DNA of 64,000 bases from Ignavibacteriota bacterium. Lineage in GTDB: Bacteria > Bacteroidota > Ignavibacteria > UBA10030 > SZUA-254. Positions 47,393 through 57,670 of this stretch are shown piece by piece. A program made the position numbers and the translations under genes. The notes below the pieces were generated by a model. It did no database searches, was not told where the DNA came from, and saw only the letters and a program-made list of their open reading frames with translations. Position 1 is the first letter of the stretch, and each line of letters starts with the position of its first letter. The DNA lies in contig JACREZ010000002.1 of the NCBI GenBank assembly GCA_016212665.1, positions 15,509 through 79,508 on the forward strand, in the 5' to 3' direction.

Positions 47393-50224
47393 TTGAGGAA
47401 CTTAATGTCCGATAAACTTATAAATCGAATTGTTGCACTGAGTGTCTTACTTATTACACTTGTTGTTTATTTCAAAACACTTTCTGTCACTGTCGTCTTT
47501 TGGGATGTAGGTGAATTTTGTGCTGCGGCGTTCTTGATGCAAGTCCCTCATCCTCCCGGTTCTCCGCTTTTCCTCATCATTGCCAAAGTCGCTTCGATGA
47601 TTCCGTTCTTACCGGATATCGCGGCTCGTATGCACGCTGTGTCCACAATTTCAAGCGCCCTTGGTGTCATGTTCTTATATCTTTTCAGTGTAAAAGTTAT
47701 AGCACGAATGACCGGTGGAATTACGACCACACTTGATAAAATTGCAATTTATGGTTCTTCAGCAATTGGCGCTTTGTCACTTGCGTTCAGTACAACCTAT
47801 TGGTTCAACGGCAGTGAAGCGGAAGTGTATGGACTGAGTATGCTATTTGTTTGTATCATTATGTGGCTGATTATGCGTTGGTGGGAACGTGCAGAGGAAC
47901 CACACAACGAAAAATATATTCTTCTTATTGCATACCTGATAGGACTATCAACCGGCGTTCATCTGCTTGCGGTGCTTGCGGTGTTTCCGGTAATGATGTT
48001 GATTTATTTTCGTCTGTATGAAATCAACAAACGAAGTTTAATAATCTTCAGTATCAGTACCGTTGCTACCTTTATTGCAATTTATCCCGGCGTCGTTCAA
48101 TATTTGCCTTCGATGTTGGATGGAGATTTTAAAGGATTCAAATTTGAATTGCTCCCCTTCTTGCCCGTAGCAATTATTATCGGTGCGGCATGGGGCGCGT
48201 ATAAAGCATATCAAACAAAACACCGATTGATTCACATAGCGTGTCTTTCTTTCTTGTTAGTTGTCATCGGATATACAACATACACCGGTGTGATTATTCG
48301 CTCGAACGCGAGACCACCGATGAATGAAAATGCGCCGGATAATCTCGCCGGCTTGGTAAGTTATCTGAGCCGGGAACAATACGGAGATACACCCTTATTG
48401 CGTGGTGATAGTTGGGACAACAATCTGCAAGATTACCGCGAAAAACTCTTCCCGCGTCGACATTCACGCGAAGCGATGCACGAAGAAACCCGGACGAAGT
48501 ACAAAGATGATTGGGATTTCTTCTGGAATTATCAAACCAACCATATGTTTATACGATATGTACTGTGGAATTTTGTCGGAGCAGAGGGCGATTGGCAAGA
48601 TGCCGGAGTAAGTTGGAAAAAAACATGGGGCATACCTCTACTTATCGGTTTGTTCGGCATATTCTTTCAGTATTGGAGGGATAAAAAAATGGCGTTGACG
48701 CTTCTTATTATGTTTATTATTATGGGATTTGTACTCGCATGGTATCAGAATCAACAAGAGCCACAACCACGTGAACGTGACTATTTTTATGTCGGAGCGT
48801 ACTATGTGTACGCTCTATGGATTGGTATTGGGATTTTTGGCTTGATTGATTTACTTCGGAAAGCATTGAAAGGTACTACGATTCAAATAGCCGCCGCTTC
48901 TCTGGTACTTGTTGTGACAGCAGGAGCAGTCCCGGCAAATCTTATCAGAATCAATTACCACGACCATGACAGAAGCAAAAACTTTATCGCGTGGGATTAT
49001 TCATATAACATTCTCCAAAGTTGTGAGCAAGATGCAATTCTCTTTACAAACGGAGATAACGACACGTTTCCACTCTGGTATTTGCATGATGTTGAAGGAG
49101 TGCGTCGGGACATCCGTATTGTCAATCTCAGTCTTGTCAACACTTCGTGGTACATTCTTCAGTTGAAGAATGAAATGCCGCACGGTGCTCAGAAAGTTCC
49201 TATTTCATTGTCTGACCAGGCAATTCAACAAATAGAACCGAGACCATGGAAACCGCGCAACGTGGATTTACCGGTTCCACGAGATATACTTCAAAAGTTT
49301 CTCACAAGCGATAAACCGGCTTTGCCAACATGGTCGTTAGATAGCACGGTGATGAATCAGGAAAGAATTACATTCACCGTCAATGGAATTCCGTTTAATA
49401 ATGAGATGCGATTTCTCCGCGTTCAGGATTTGATGGTGTGGGAAATTATCCGGGCAAATAACTGGCAACGACCTGTCTATTTTGCAGCAACATGCTCGCC
49501 CGATTCCAAGATGGGACTTGATGATTATCTGTGGATGCAAGGTCTTGCACTAAAATTGAAACCATTCAAAGTTCCGTCTGTTGAGAGTGGACTCGATGGC
49601 GCATACATGGAAAAGAATTTATTGACAGATAATGTTCAGCCGTCAAAGAATTTCCAAAGTGGCTTTCTCTGGCGCAATCTCAACCTCTCAGATATTTACT
49701 ACGATGAAAACACTCAGCGCATGGTGATGAACTATCGGGCAAGTTTCCTCCGCATGTATGAATATGCAATGCGTGTCGAGCGCAATCAAGAAAAAGCAAA
49801 GCAAGTTCTACAACGAATGGAAACGGTCATGCCGGTAAATATCATTCCGAATTTGGATTGGAGATACACAGCACATTTCATGAATCTCTTCCGCAATGTC
49901 GGCGATATGGAAAACTTCAGCAAGTATGCAGATGTCGCCGAGAAGAAATGCTGGGAACTTGTCAACGCCGGAAATGTCCTATCACAGGACTTCAATCCTT
50001 ATCAGGTATTACAGGATATTTACGAAGGCAGAAAAGATTACGCCAAAGCATTGGATGTAGCACAACGTTGGAAAGCACAATTTCAGGCGTACGCCTCTGA
50101 CCCGCGTTACGCGAACGATCGCGGATTCCAACAACAGATGATGTATCTTGACCAGATGATTACCATGTATCAGCAAAACCTGAAGGGTAATCAAGTTGCT
50201 GATTCAACTGTTCCGAAGCAATAG
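47393..50224 (+). CDS. DUF2723-family polytopic membrane protein (GT-C-like fold, PMT/TMEM260-like) with a C-terminal TPR-like region
   Basis: 943 aa with about 11 N-terminal TM helices (KTLSVTVVFWDVGEFCAAAFLMQVPHPPGSPLF) and a long soluble C-terminal region. Confidence 0.7.
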   Translation: MRNLMSDKLINRIVALSVLLITLVVYFKTLSVTVVFWDVGEFCAAAFLMQVPHPPGSPLFLIIAKVASMIPFLPDIAARMHAVSTISSALGVMFLYLFSVKVIARMTGGITTTLDKIAIYGSSAIGALSLAFSTTYWFNGSEAEVYGLSMLFVCIIMWLIMRWWERAEEPHNEKYILLIAYLIGLSTGVHLLAVLAVFPVMMLIYFRLYEINKRSLIIFSISTVATFIAIYPGVVQYLPSMLDGDFKGFKFELLPFLPVAIIIGAAWGAYKAYQTKHRLIHIACLSFLLVVIGYTTYTGVIIRSNARPPMNENAPDNLAGLVSYLSREQYGDTPLLRGDSWDNNLQDYREKLFPRRHSREAMHEETRTKYKDDWDFFWNYQTNHMFIRYVLWNFVGAEGDWQDAGVSWKKTWGIPLLIGLFGIFFQYWRDKKMALTLLIMFIIMGFVLAWYQNQQEPQPRERDYFYVGAYYVYALWIGIGIFGLIDLLRKALKGTTIQIAAASLVLVVTAGAVPANLIRINYHDHDRSKNFIAWDYSYNILQSCEQDAILFTNGDNDTFPLWYLHDVEGVRRDIRIVNLSLVNTSWYILQLKNEMPHGAQKVPISLSDQAIQQIEPRPWKPRNVDLPVPRDILQKFLTSDKPALPTWSLDSTVMNQERITFTVNGIPFNNEMRFLRVQDLMVWEIIRANNWQRPVYFAATCSPDSKMGLDDYLWMQGLALKLKPFKVPSVESGLDGAYMEKNLLTDNVQPSKNFQSGFLWRNLNLSDIYYDENTQRMVMNYRASFLRMYEYAMRVERNQEKAKQVLQRMETVMPVNIIPNLDWRYTAHFMNLFRNVGDMENFSKYADVAEKKCWELVNAGNVLSQDFNPYQVLQDIYEGRKDYAKALDVAQRWKAQFQAYASDPRYANDRGFQQQMMYLDQMITMYQQNLKGNQVADSTVPKQ

Positions 50225-50232
50225 TTCAATGT

Positions 50233-50280
50233 ATGTCTGAGGATTCTTCTTTTCATAAATTGAGAAGAGTCCTCAGACAA
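50233..50280 (+). terminator. Long stem-loop, probable terminator
   Basis: tgtctgaggattcttc...gaagagtcctcagaca, a 16-bp stem with one mismatch, followed by a weak T tract. Confidence 0.45.
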
Positions 50281-50312
50281 TTGTTTCACACGAACCACAA
50301 AATTTCCTCAAA

Positions 50313-51437
50313 ATGAAGATACTTATTTTCAATTGGCAGGATATTAAAAATCCGCTCGCAGGCGGAGCGGAGGTTCATCTTCATGAAATATTTTCTCGTG
50401 TTGTCAACCTTGGACATGAAGTTACCCTATATTGTTCAATGTTCGATGGCGCGTCGAAAGAGGAAACCATCAACGGAATAAAAGTTATTCGGGAGGGCGG
50501 ACGGTTCTTCTTCAACTTCTATGTTCCGCTGAGGTATCTTACACGATTCAGAAAAGAAAAGTTCGATATCGTTATTGACGATATGAACAAGATTCCATTT
50601 TATACTCCATGGTTCATCCGGGAACCACTTGCCGTCATCATTCATCATTTATTTTCCAAAACGATTTTTCTTGAGGCCCCCTTCCCTCTCGCATTGTATG
50701 TCTATCTGACCGAGTGGCTAGGCGTTGATTTACTCCGGAAGAAACGAATTCCCATTTTTGCAGTCTCGCCAAGCACTATCAATGAATTGACTTCTCACGG
50801 CATTTCCGATAAGCAACTTGAGACGGTTTACAACTGCGTTGACCATTCGCGCTATCAAAGAAATGACCCGGCGAAAAGTTCGAAACCGTTGATTGGATAT
50901 TTCGGGAGAATCAAAAAGTATAAATCAGTTGACCATCTTCTGAAAGCATTTGCAATCGTTCAGGGAAAATTTCCCGAAGCGGAATTGATTGTCGTCGGCG
51001 AAGGAGACAATCGCCCTGAACTTGAGAAACTTGCTCAAAGTTTGCACATTTCAAATAAAATCCAGTTTACCGGATTTGTGAGCGAAGAAGAAAAAGTCAG
51101 ATTGATGCAAGAAGTTTGGTTCGTTGTCAATCCATCATCGAAGGAAGGTTGGGGATTGACAGTTATCGAAGCAAATGCGTGTGGAACTCCCGTGATTGCA
51201 AGCAACGTTCCGGGATTGCGCGATGCCGTTCGGGAAGATGAAACCGGATTATTCTTCGAGTACGGCAACATCGAAATGCTTGCAGAGAAAATGCTTACGA
51301 TGTTGAACGACGCAGAACTCCGTCAGCGACTGAGCAACGAAGCATACAAATGGTCAATGAATTTTAATTGGGAAACCGTCGCACAAAAAACGGTTGAACT
51401 TCTTCAGCGAATTATTTCCAATCATAAGACTACTTAG
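50313..51437 (+). CDS. Glycosyltransferase family 4
   Basis: GT-B fold. C-terminal ...SSKEGWGLTVIEANACGTPVIASNVPGLRD motif (the E-x7-E region). Confidence 0.85.
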   Translation: MKILIFNWQDIKNPLAGGAEVHLHEIFSRVVNLGHEVTLYCSMFDGASKEETINGIKVIREGGRFFFNFYVPLRYLTRFRKEKFDIVIDDMNKIPFYTPWFIREPLAVIIHHLFSKTIFLEAPFPLALYVYLTEWLGVDLLRKKRIPIFAVSPSTINELTSHGISDKQLETVYNCVDHSRYQRNDPAKSSKPLIGYFGRIKKYKSVDHLLKAFAIVQGKFPEAELIVVGEGDNRPELEKLAQSLHISNKIQFTGFVSEEEKVRLMQEVWFVVNPSSKEGWGLTVIEANACGTPVIASNVPGLRDAVREDETGLFFEYGNIEMLAEKMLTMLNDAELRQRLSNEAYKWSMNFNWETVAQKTVELLQRIISNHKTT

Positions 51438-52440
51438 GCATTCTCTGCCGAAAAATGTAAACATATTATTCGTTTCTGCCTTCCGCACTTCTTTTATTGA
51501 AGAAGACCTCCGTTTTCTCTCCAAACATTTTCAGGTTCAACCACGCATCGGTCATGGCATACTTCATCTCCTGAAAATTATCCTGAGTTTATTTCAAACC
51601 GATATTATCTTTTGCTGGTTCGCTTCTGTCTACTCTGCGGTTGGAGTGATTATTGGAAAATATCTGGGAGTGAAATCAGTTCTCATTCTTGGCGGTGTAG
51701 ATGTTGCAGCAGATGAAGAACTCGGTTACGGCATCTGGTTATCGAAATGGAAAAGTAAACTTGTTCGTCGTGCATTGCTATTGGCTGACCGCGTTCTTGT
51801 CGTGGATAATTCCTTGAAAGAAGAAGCAATGCAACGTGCCGGTTATGATGGAAACAATATCGTCTATCTTCCCACCGGTTATGATGCGTTGTTCTGGAAA
51901 CCGTTAATCGAAAAAAAGAAGATTGTTCTCACCGTTGCAAGTTGTTCGGATGAGATTCGCTTAAGAATAAAAGGAATTGATGTACTTATTCAGGCGGCGC
52001 AACGAATGCCGAATGCCGAATTTGTCGTAGTTGGAACTGAATCTGATTTAGCGTATCGTCTCCAACCGCCAATGAATATGACCTTTTATCCGTCAGTCAA
52101 AAAGGAACGCTTGTTACAATGGTATCAGGAAGCGAAAGTGTATTGCCAACCTTCGCGTCGTGAAGGATTGCCAAACGCTCTCTGCGAAGCGATGCTGTGC
52201 GGATGCATTCCGGTGGGAACACGGGTTGGAGGAAATGCCACGGCGATTGCTGACACAGGATTTCTTGTTCCCACTAATGATGTTGATGCACTTGTTTCTG
52301 GTTTAAACTACGCGTTGGAATCTGGAACCGAGTTGCCCGTCAAAGCCCGGTCACGAATCGTTGCACTTTTTCCGAAAGAGAAACGTGAAGCGGATTTGTT
52401 CTCCCTCATAGAAAAACTACTTCATGAAGCGGCTGACTAA
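51394..52440 (+). CDS. Glycosyltransferase family 4
   Basis: ...PSRREGLPNALCEAMLCGCIPVGTRVGGN is a GT4 C-terminal motif. Overlaps the upstream gene by 44 nt. Confidence 0.8.
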   Translation: MNFFSELFPIIRLLRHSLPKNVNILFVSAFRTSFIEEDLRFLSKHFQVQPRIGHGILHLLKIILSLFQTDIIFCWFASVYSAVGVIIGKYLGVKSVLILGGVDVAADEELGYGIWLSKWKSKLVRRALLLADRVLVVDNSLKEEAMQRAGYDGNNIVYLPTGYDALFWKPLIEKKKIVLTVASCSDEIRLRIKGIDVLIQAAQRMPNAEFVVVGTESDLAYRLQPPMNMTFYPSVKKERLLQWYQEAKVYCQPSRREGLPNALCEAMLCGCIPVGTRVGGNATAIADTGFLVPTNDVDALVSGLNYALESGTELPVKARSRIVALFPKEKREADLFSLIEKLLHEAAD

Positions 52441-53821
52441 AAACGTTATTGCTCTCGTCGGCAGTGACCTGACACGAAAGTTTTTCGGCTTTCTCACCAT
52501 CGCTTACCTGACGCGACATGTCAGCATCTCCGACTTCGGTGTAATAAATATCGGACTGACGATTCTCTCGTATGTTTTGATTTTCGGAGCGGCGGGAATT
52601 CCATCCTTCGCTACAAGAGAAATCGCCCGTTCAACCGACCCGCTCTTTATCGGTCGAGTGCTCACGACAAGATTCCTTCTTACCATCATTCTCATTCTTC
52701 TGGCTTCTGTTGTAATCCTCTTTGTTATTCAGGACAGATTCACAACAACAATCTTCATTCTCTTTACACTTGCATCCATTCCAAATGCCTTTTTCCTTGA
52801 CTGGTATTTTCAAGGAAAAGAATCTATGAGTTCGATTGGTGCGGCACGAGGAATTGCGGCGGTTGTAAATTTCTTACTGATATTTTTTATCGTTGAGTCT
52901 TCGGCTGATATTCTTTGGGTAGCAATTGCGGCAATTGCCGGAGATGTGTGTGCAACGTTCATGTATTTTGTTTTTGTAAGAATTCAGAAACTTTCATTTC
53001 GTTTCAACTTCAACATTTCAGATTCGATAAAATTGCTCAAGCAGGCATTTCCTCTCGGACTTGGTTCCATCCTTGCTCATTCAAGCGTGAACCTTTCTCC
53101 CCTTCTTCTCGGAATCCTCCTTTCAACACACAGTGTCGGCATCTTCAGCGCGGCAAGCAAACTTGTCATTTTGTTAATGATGTTCGACCGATTGCTTGCG
53201 ACCATCCTTCTCCCGGCAACTTGCAGAATATTTTCTCAACAGCCGGAACAATTCAAACAGCGTCTGGAGGAAACATTGAAATGGGTTTTACTGCTGGCAT
53301 TACCACTGTGCATCGGTGGCACATTGCTCTCAAGCGAACTGATTCGATTTGTTTTCGGTGAAGCATATGCGGCTTCATCACCAATTTTTTCCGTGCTTGT
53401 CTGGTTTTTGTTGATGACGATGTTACACACGGTCTATTCGTCAGCACTTGTTGCAATCGGAAAAGAAAAACTTTTTGCAAAAGTGATGGGATTAAGCGCG
53501 GTCGTTTATGTTCTCTTCATTCTCGTCGGTACCTATTTCTATCAGGAAACGGGCGCGGCAATAGCAATGGTATCTGCTGAACTTCTCACGGTCTTGCTTT
53601 CCCGTTATAGTTTGAGAAAAAGCATAGAAGTTGCATTTCCAACAAATCTCCCTCAAATTATTCTTGCATTGATTGCGATGACACTCTCGCTTCACTTTCT
53701 GCCTGAGATTCATTTCCTTCTCAGGATAGGTATCGGAGCGCTTGTTTATAGTTTGGTTGCTTTATTCGTGAAAGCAGTGACAATCACTGAAGCACAACTA
53801 ATGTTCAGGAGGGTTTGGTGA
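52424..53821 (+). CDS. Polysaccharide biosynthesis flippase (Wzx/MOP family)
   Basis: 465 aa with about 12-14 TM helices. N-terminal LTKNVIALVGSDLTRKFFGFLTIAYLTRH is typical of oligosaccharide flippases. Confidence 0.8.
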   Translation: MKRLTKNVIALVGSDLTRKFFGFLTIAYLTRHVSISDFGVINIGLTILSYVLIFGAAGIPSFATREIARSTDPLFIGRVLTTRFLLTIILILLASVVILFVIQDRFTTTIFILFTLASIPNAFFLDWYFQGKESMSSIGAARGIAAVVNFLLIFFIVESSADILWVAIAAIAGDVCATFMYFVFVRIQKLSFRFNFNISDSIKLLKQAFPLGLGSILAHSSVNLSPLLLGILLSTHSVGIFSAASKLVILLMMFDRLLATILLPATCRIFSQQPEQFKQRLEETLKWVLLLALPLCIGGTLLSSELIRFVFGEAYAASSPIFSVLVWFLLMTMLHTVYSSALVAIGKEKLFAKVMGLSAVVYVLFILVGTYFYQETGAAIAMVSAELLTVLLSRYSLRKSIEVAFPTNLPQIILALIAMTLSLHFLPEIHFLLRIGIGALVYSLVALFVKAVTITEAQLMFRRVW

Positions 53822-55374
53822 AACTTCAGGTTGGATTGATGAATTGTTCGCCGGGTTGGTCGGGTTTGCTGAAACAAATTGGTTTACCGTTTAGGATTAT
53901 CTCAAGCAATTTTGAAAATGTGGAGTTCAGCGCGATTATTACTGGTGATGTACTTGATGAAGCAAGTATTGAACGAATTCAATCGTATGCAAAATCAGGA
54001 GGAAGTTTACTCCTTTCCTCGCGTTCGTTCAAACAACTTTCTGGTGTTGAAGCACAAACGAAGACAATCAGTTATCTTTTTCCCCGTCAAGATTCACTCT
54101 TCTCTGAAATTGGATTGTTGGATATTTTTTCTGAATGCATGATTCCTTCAAATGCAAACGACTTGCATTCTGTTGACGGAAAGCCGACCTGTTTCATCGG
54201 CAAATGGAATGGCGCGAATGTTTTTGTTCTCCCTTTTGATGCAGGATGTTTATTCACAGAGAACAGAACAACCGACAAATCGTTTTATTCACCTTACCCG
54301 AGACTTCCGTTTGAACGCGTTTCGCTTGTCTCAAAACATTCGTTGAGGAAATTCGTTACAACCTCGCTCGAATATCTCTTTCATCAGAGGAATCTACCGT
54401 TTGTACATCTCAGTCATTATCCCGGTATAAACCAATCGCTGTTTGCTTTTCGAATTGACACTGATTATGCTGGTGGCGACGAAATCAACAAACTCTATGC
54501 TCTCTCTCGAAAATATCAAGTTCCGTTCACATGGTTTGTAGATGTAAAAAGTCAGCAAGATATTCTTTCCTCTTTTGCTGAAATGGAAAATCAGGAAATC
54601 GGAATCCATTGCTTTGAACATCAGACGTATGAAGAGTATCAAGCAAATTACGATAATATTTTGAAGGCAAAACAACTTTTCGAATCAAACAATATTAATG
54701 CAAAAGGATTTGCCGCTCCGTTTGGGAAGTGGAATCAGGAACTGGGACAGGCGATTAGGGATTTGGGGTTTGAGTATTCATCTGAATTTTCGTACGATTA
54801 CGATAATTATCCCTCGTATCCGTTCTTTGGCAACGAGGAAAGTACGGTTTTACAAGTACCGATTCATCCCATCAGCATCGGGACATTGAAGCGTCTTGGT
54901 TATTCAGATGAAATAATGATAAAGTATTTTCAGTTTGTCATTGAACAAAAATACCGGGCGCGTGAACCGATTATTTTATATCATCATCCGAAAGACGGAC
55001 ATGAAAAAGTGTTGGAGTGTATTTTTGAACACATAAAACATTTAGATATTTCAACTGTTCGATTCATTGACTATGCAACTTGGTGGAAAAAACGAGTTGC
55101 ACAACAATTGAACATTGATTTGCATGAACATGTCTTGAGCATGTATTGTTCAGATGAAAATACTAATGACAGAATACGCATAACAAGAAAAAATGAAACC
55201 GAATCAATGTGTGAAGTTCAATCATTAATACCATTGGATGAATTGCGATGGCAGTTAACCCCGGAAGTGCATCCATTTCCGAATAATTATCTTCGAATCA
55301 GAAAATACAACCCGTGGATTTCATTTATTCACCTGCAAGATTATATTTTCAGTAAGTTAAGTAGTAAGTATTGA
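53815..55374 (+). CDS. Hypothetical protein with a probable polysaccharide deacetylase (NodB/CE4-like) domain
   Basis: Candidate NodB motifs: FRIDTDYAGG (TFDDG-like), IGIHCFEH (H-x3-H), FAAPFGKWN (RxPxG-like). About 519 aa. Confidence 0.45.
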   Translation: MVKLQVGLMNCSPGWSGLLKQIGLPFRIISSNFENVEFSAIITGDVLDEASIERIQSYAKSGGSLLLSSRSFKQLSGVEAQTKTISYLFPRQDSLFSEIGLLDIFSECMIPSNANDLHSVDGKPTCFIGKWNGANVFVLPFDAGCLFTENRTTDKSFYSPYPRLPFERVSLVSKHSLRKFVTTSLEYLFHQRNLPFVHLSHYPGINQSLFAFRIDTDYAGGDEINKLYALSRKYQVPFTWFVDVKSQQDILSSFAEMENQEIGIHCFEHQTYEEYQANYDNILKAKQLFESNNINAKGFAAPFGKWNQELGQAIRDLGFEYSSEFSYDYDNYPSYPFFGNEESTVLQVPIHPISIGTLKRLGYSDEIMIKYFQFVIEQKYRAREPIILYHHPKDGHEKVLECIFEHIKHLDISTVRFIDYATWWKKRVAQQLNIDLHEHVLSMYCSDENTNDRIRITRKNETESMCEVQSLIPLDELRWQLTPEVHPFPNNYLRIRKYNPWISFIHLQDYIFSKLSSKY

Positions 55375-55417
55375 GTATTCAGTCACCAGAAATCCGTAAC
55401 CAGTAACCAACAAACAA

Positions 55418-56446
55418 GTGAATATCGTCTTTGCCACATATCAATCCCTCATGCTCTTGAAAGGCGGACCGCGCACACAAATCTTCCAATCGAAACGTGC
55501 ATTGGAGAATCTCGGTCTGTATGTATCCTTGTTTGATTCATGGAAAGAGTTAAACAAAGCAAACATGGACGTAGTGCATCTGTTCGGGGCGAACATCGGC
55601 ACGTATCACCTTGCACGGGAATTACACAGAACAGGAATTCCATTTGTTGTCAGCCCGATATTTTATACACGAAAGAATTTTCAATTCGTTCGGAGTATTG
55701 TCGCCGTGGATTCATTGGTACGAACTTTTGCTAAAGGACTGTGGTCTGATTACGGATTGATAACAGATATTTGCAAATGGGCAAAACTTGTTCTTCCCAA
55801 TACAACCCATGAAGCAAAACTTGTAGAAGAAGGATTCGGAATCCCGAATGAGAAAATAATTGTAGTTCCGAACGGAGTTGAGGAACGATTTTATCACGCA
55901 ACACCTCAGTTATTTGTTCAAACGTATGGAGTGGAGAATTTCATTCTGAACGTCGGACATATCGGACCGGAGAGGAAGAATGTGTTTCGTTTGATTCAAG
56001 CGCTCGAAACAATCCCCCACCCTGCTGTCATCATCGGAAGAATTGAACTGACCCTAGATGGACAACGCTGTTTAGATGAAGCAAAAAAGAATCCCCGTCT
56101 GACTATCATCGAATATCTCCCGAATGATTCTGACTTGCTCGCATCTGCCTACTCAGCGTGCGATACATTTGTTCTTCCGGGATTGTTTGAAACGCCGGGC
56201 ATCGCCGCACTTGAGGCGGGCTTAGCTGGGGCAAAATTAGTCGTAACCAAACATGGCGGCACAACCGACTACTTCAGGAATGATGCAGTGTATATTGAAC
56301 CCTCATCGGTAGAAAGTATCAGGAACGGCATTTCATTATCCATGGAAAAAGCGAAGAACATACAACTGCGTGAACATATTAAAAAAGAGTTTGTATGGGA
56401 ACGTGTGGGAGAAAAACTTCAATCGGTTTATAGTTCTCTATTCTGA
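55418..56446 (+). CDS. Glycosyltransferase family 4
   Basis: GTG start. C-terminal DTFVLPGLFETPGIAALEAGLAGAKLVVTKHGG motif. Confidence 0.8.
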   Translation: MNIVFATYQSLMLLKGGPRTQIFQSKRALENLGLYVSLFDSWKELNKANMDVVHLFGANIGTYHLARELHRTGIPFVVSPIFYTRKNFQFVRSIVAVDSLVRTFAKGLWSDYGLITDICKWAKLVLPNTTHEAKLVEEGFGIPNEKIIVVPNGVEERFYHATPQLFVQTYGVENFILNVGHIGPERKNVFRLIQALETIPHPAVIIGRIELTLDGQRCLDEAKKNPRLTIIEYLPNDSDLLASAYSACDTFVLPGLFETPGIAALEAGLAGAKLVVTKHGGTTDYFRNDAVYIEPSSVESIRNGISLSMEKAKNIQLREHIKKEFVWERVGEKLQSVYSSLF

Positions 56447-56488
56447 AAACTCATACAAACGCATTCTCAGGGTTGCATCAATTCAATC

Positions 56489-57532
56489 TCACTCTCCTCT
56501 TTCCAATTCAAGCAACTTCTTCTTTCTCCAAAGTCCTCCGCCATAACCACCGAGTTCACCATCTTTATTCACAACCCGGTGACACGGAATTACAATCGCA
56601 ATCCGGTTCATTCCATTGGCAGTTCCAACAGCGCGGCACGCGCCCGGCGAACCGACTCGCTTGGCTATCGCTTCGTATGAAACAGTCTTGCCGTAAGGAA
56701 TTTTCAACAATTGATTCCACACGTTTTGTTGAAACGGAGTGCCGGGATAAATAAGTTTGACAGTAAATCGTTTCAACGTTCCATCGAAATATTGTTTGAG
56801 TTGGTGCTTCAAGAGTTTGATGTGCTCGTTTTCCCCCGGAACAATCGCACATTTGAAATATTTACGGAGGGAGGCGAACTGTGCATCCAACATTCTTCGC
56901 TCGGTAAATTCGAGCAAGCAAATACCTTCTGAGGTTGCGGCAACAACGAGAGGTCCCAACGGACTTTCAATCCATGATGTGACAATGCAATCTTCCGCTC
57001 TGCTCTTGCCCGGCGCTTTGCCAAACGTCTTGACAAATGCATCCCGGAAACCACTGTGAGAATTGTACCCATAACCAAGAGCAACATCATCCAAATCAAC
57101 GCCAAGACGAATTTGCTCAAGCGATTTTCCCAACCTGCGGCCACGACAGTACGCCTGAAATGTCATTCCATACATTTTGAGAAAAAAACGTCTTGCACGC
57201 GCCGGGTCAATACCGATCGAGCGAAGGTATGAATCTGTGTATCGTGCAGTAGGGTCTTTATCAATAATTGTGAGAAGCCGCTCTACCCATTCCGGTTGTT
57301 TTCCGTTACTCTCAAGTGGATGACAACGTTTGCATGGACGATAACCAGCAAAGATTGCTTCTCTCTGAGTTTGATAGAACTCCACATTGTGACGAAGCGG
57401 TTTCCGCGCTGTGCATGATGGCTTACAAAATATTCCCGTGGTTCGAACAGCAAGAAAAAATACTCCGTCGTACGAAGCATCTTTCTGCGTGTATGCTCGT
57501 TCCATTTCGATTGCAGTAGGTAAAGATGTCAT
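56489..57532 (-). CDS. ada: Bifunctional Ada: methylphosphotriester-DNA methyltransferase / AraC-type regulator / O6-methylguanine-DNA methyltransferase
   Basis: N-terminal Ada Zn domain (FCKPSCTARKP...CKRCHP). AraC HTH. C-terminal MGMT active site IPCHRVV. Confidence 0.9.
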   Translation of the reverse strand: MTSLPTAIEMERAYTQKDASYDGVFFLAVRTTGIFCKPSCTARKPLRHNVEFYQTQREAIFAGYRPCKRCHPLESNGKQPEWVERLLTIIDKDPTARYTDSYLRSIGIDPARARRFFLKMYGMTFQAYCRGRRLGKSLEQIRLGVDLDDVALGYGYNSHSGFRDAFVKTFGKAPGKSRAEDCIVTSWIESPLGPLVVAATSEGICLLEFTERRMLDAQFASLRKYFKCAIVPGENEHIKLLKHQLKQYFDGTLKRFTVKLIYPGTPFQQNVWNQLLKIPYGKTVSYEAIAKRVGSPGACRAVGTANGMNRIAIVIPCHRVVNKDGELGGYGGGLWRKKKLLELERGE

Positions 57533-57670
57533 GTATTTTCCTGTATTAGTTTAACGATGGATATAAGATACAGGAATGGAATGAATTAATCCACCGAAAA
57601 ATGGACAGGGAATTTTTTTGATTTACGATTGCTGATTTTCGATTTCAGAATTGGGGAGAAAATGCTACAC

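Noticed and set aside
52915-53361. 148-aa + strand ORF in an alternative frame inside the flippase gene
   Set aside because: Overlaps the multi-TM flippase in another frame. Cys/Arg-rich translation typical of an off-frame artefact.
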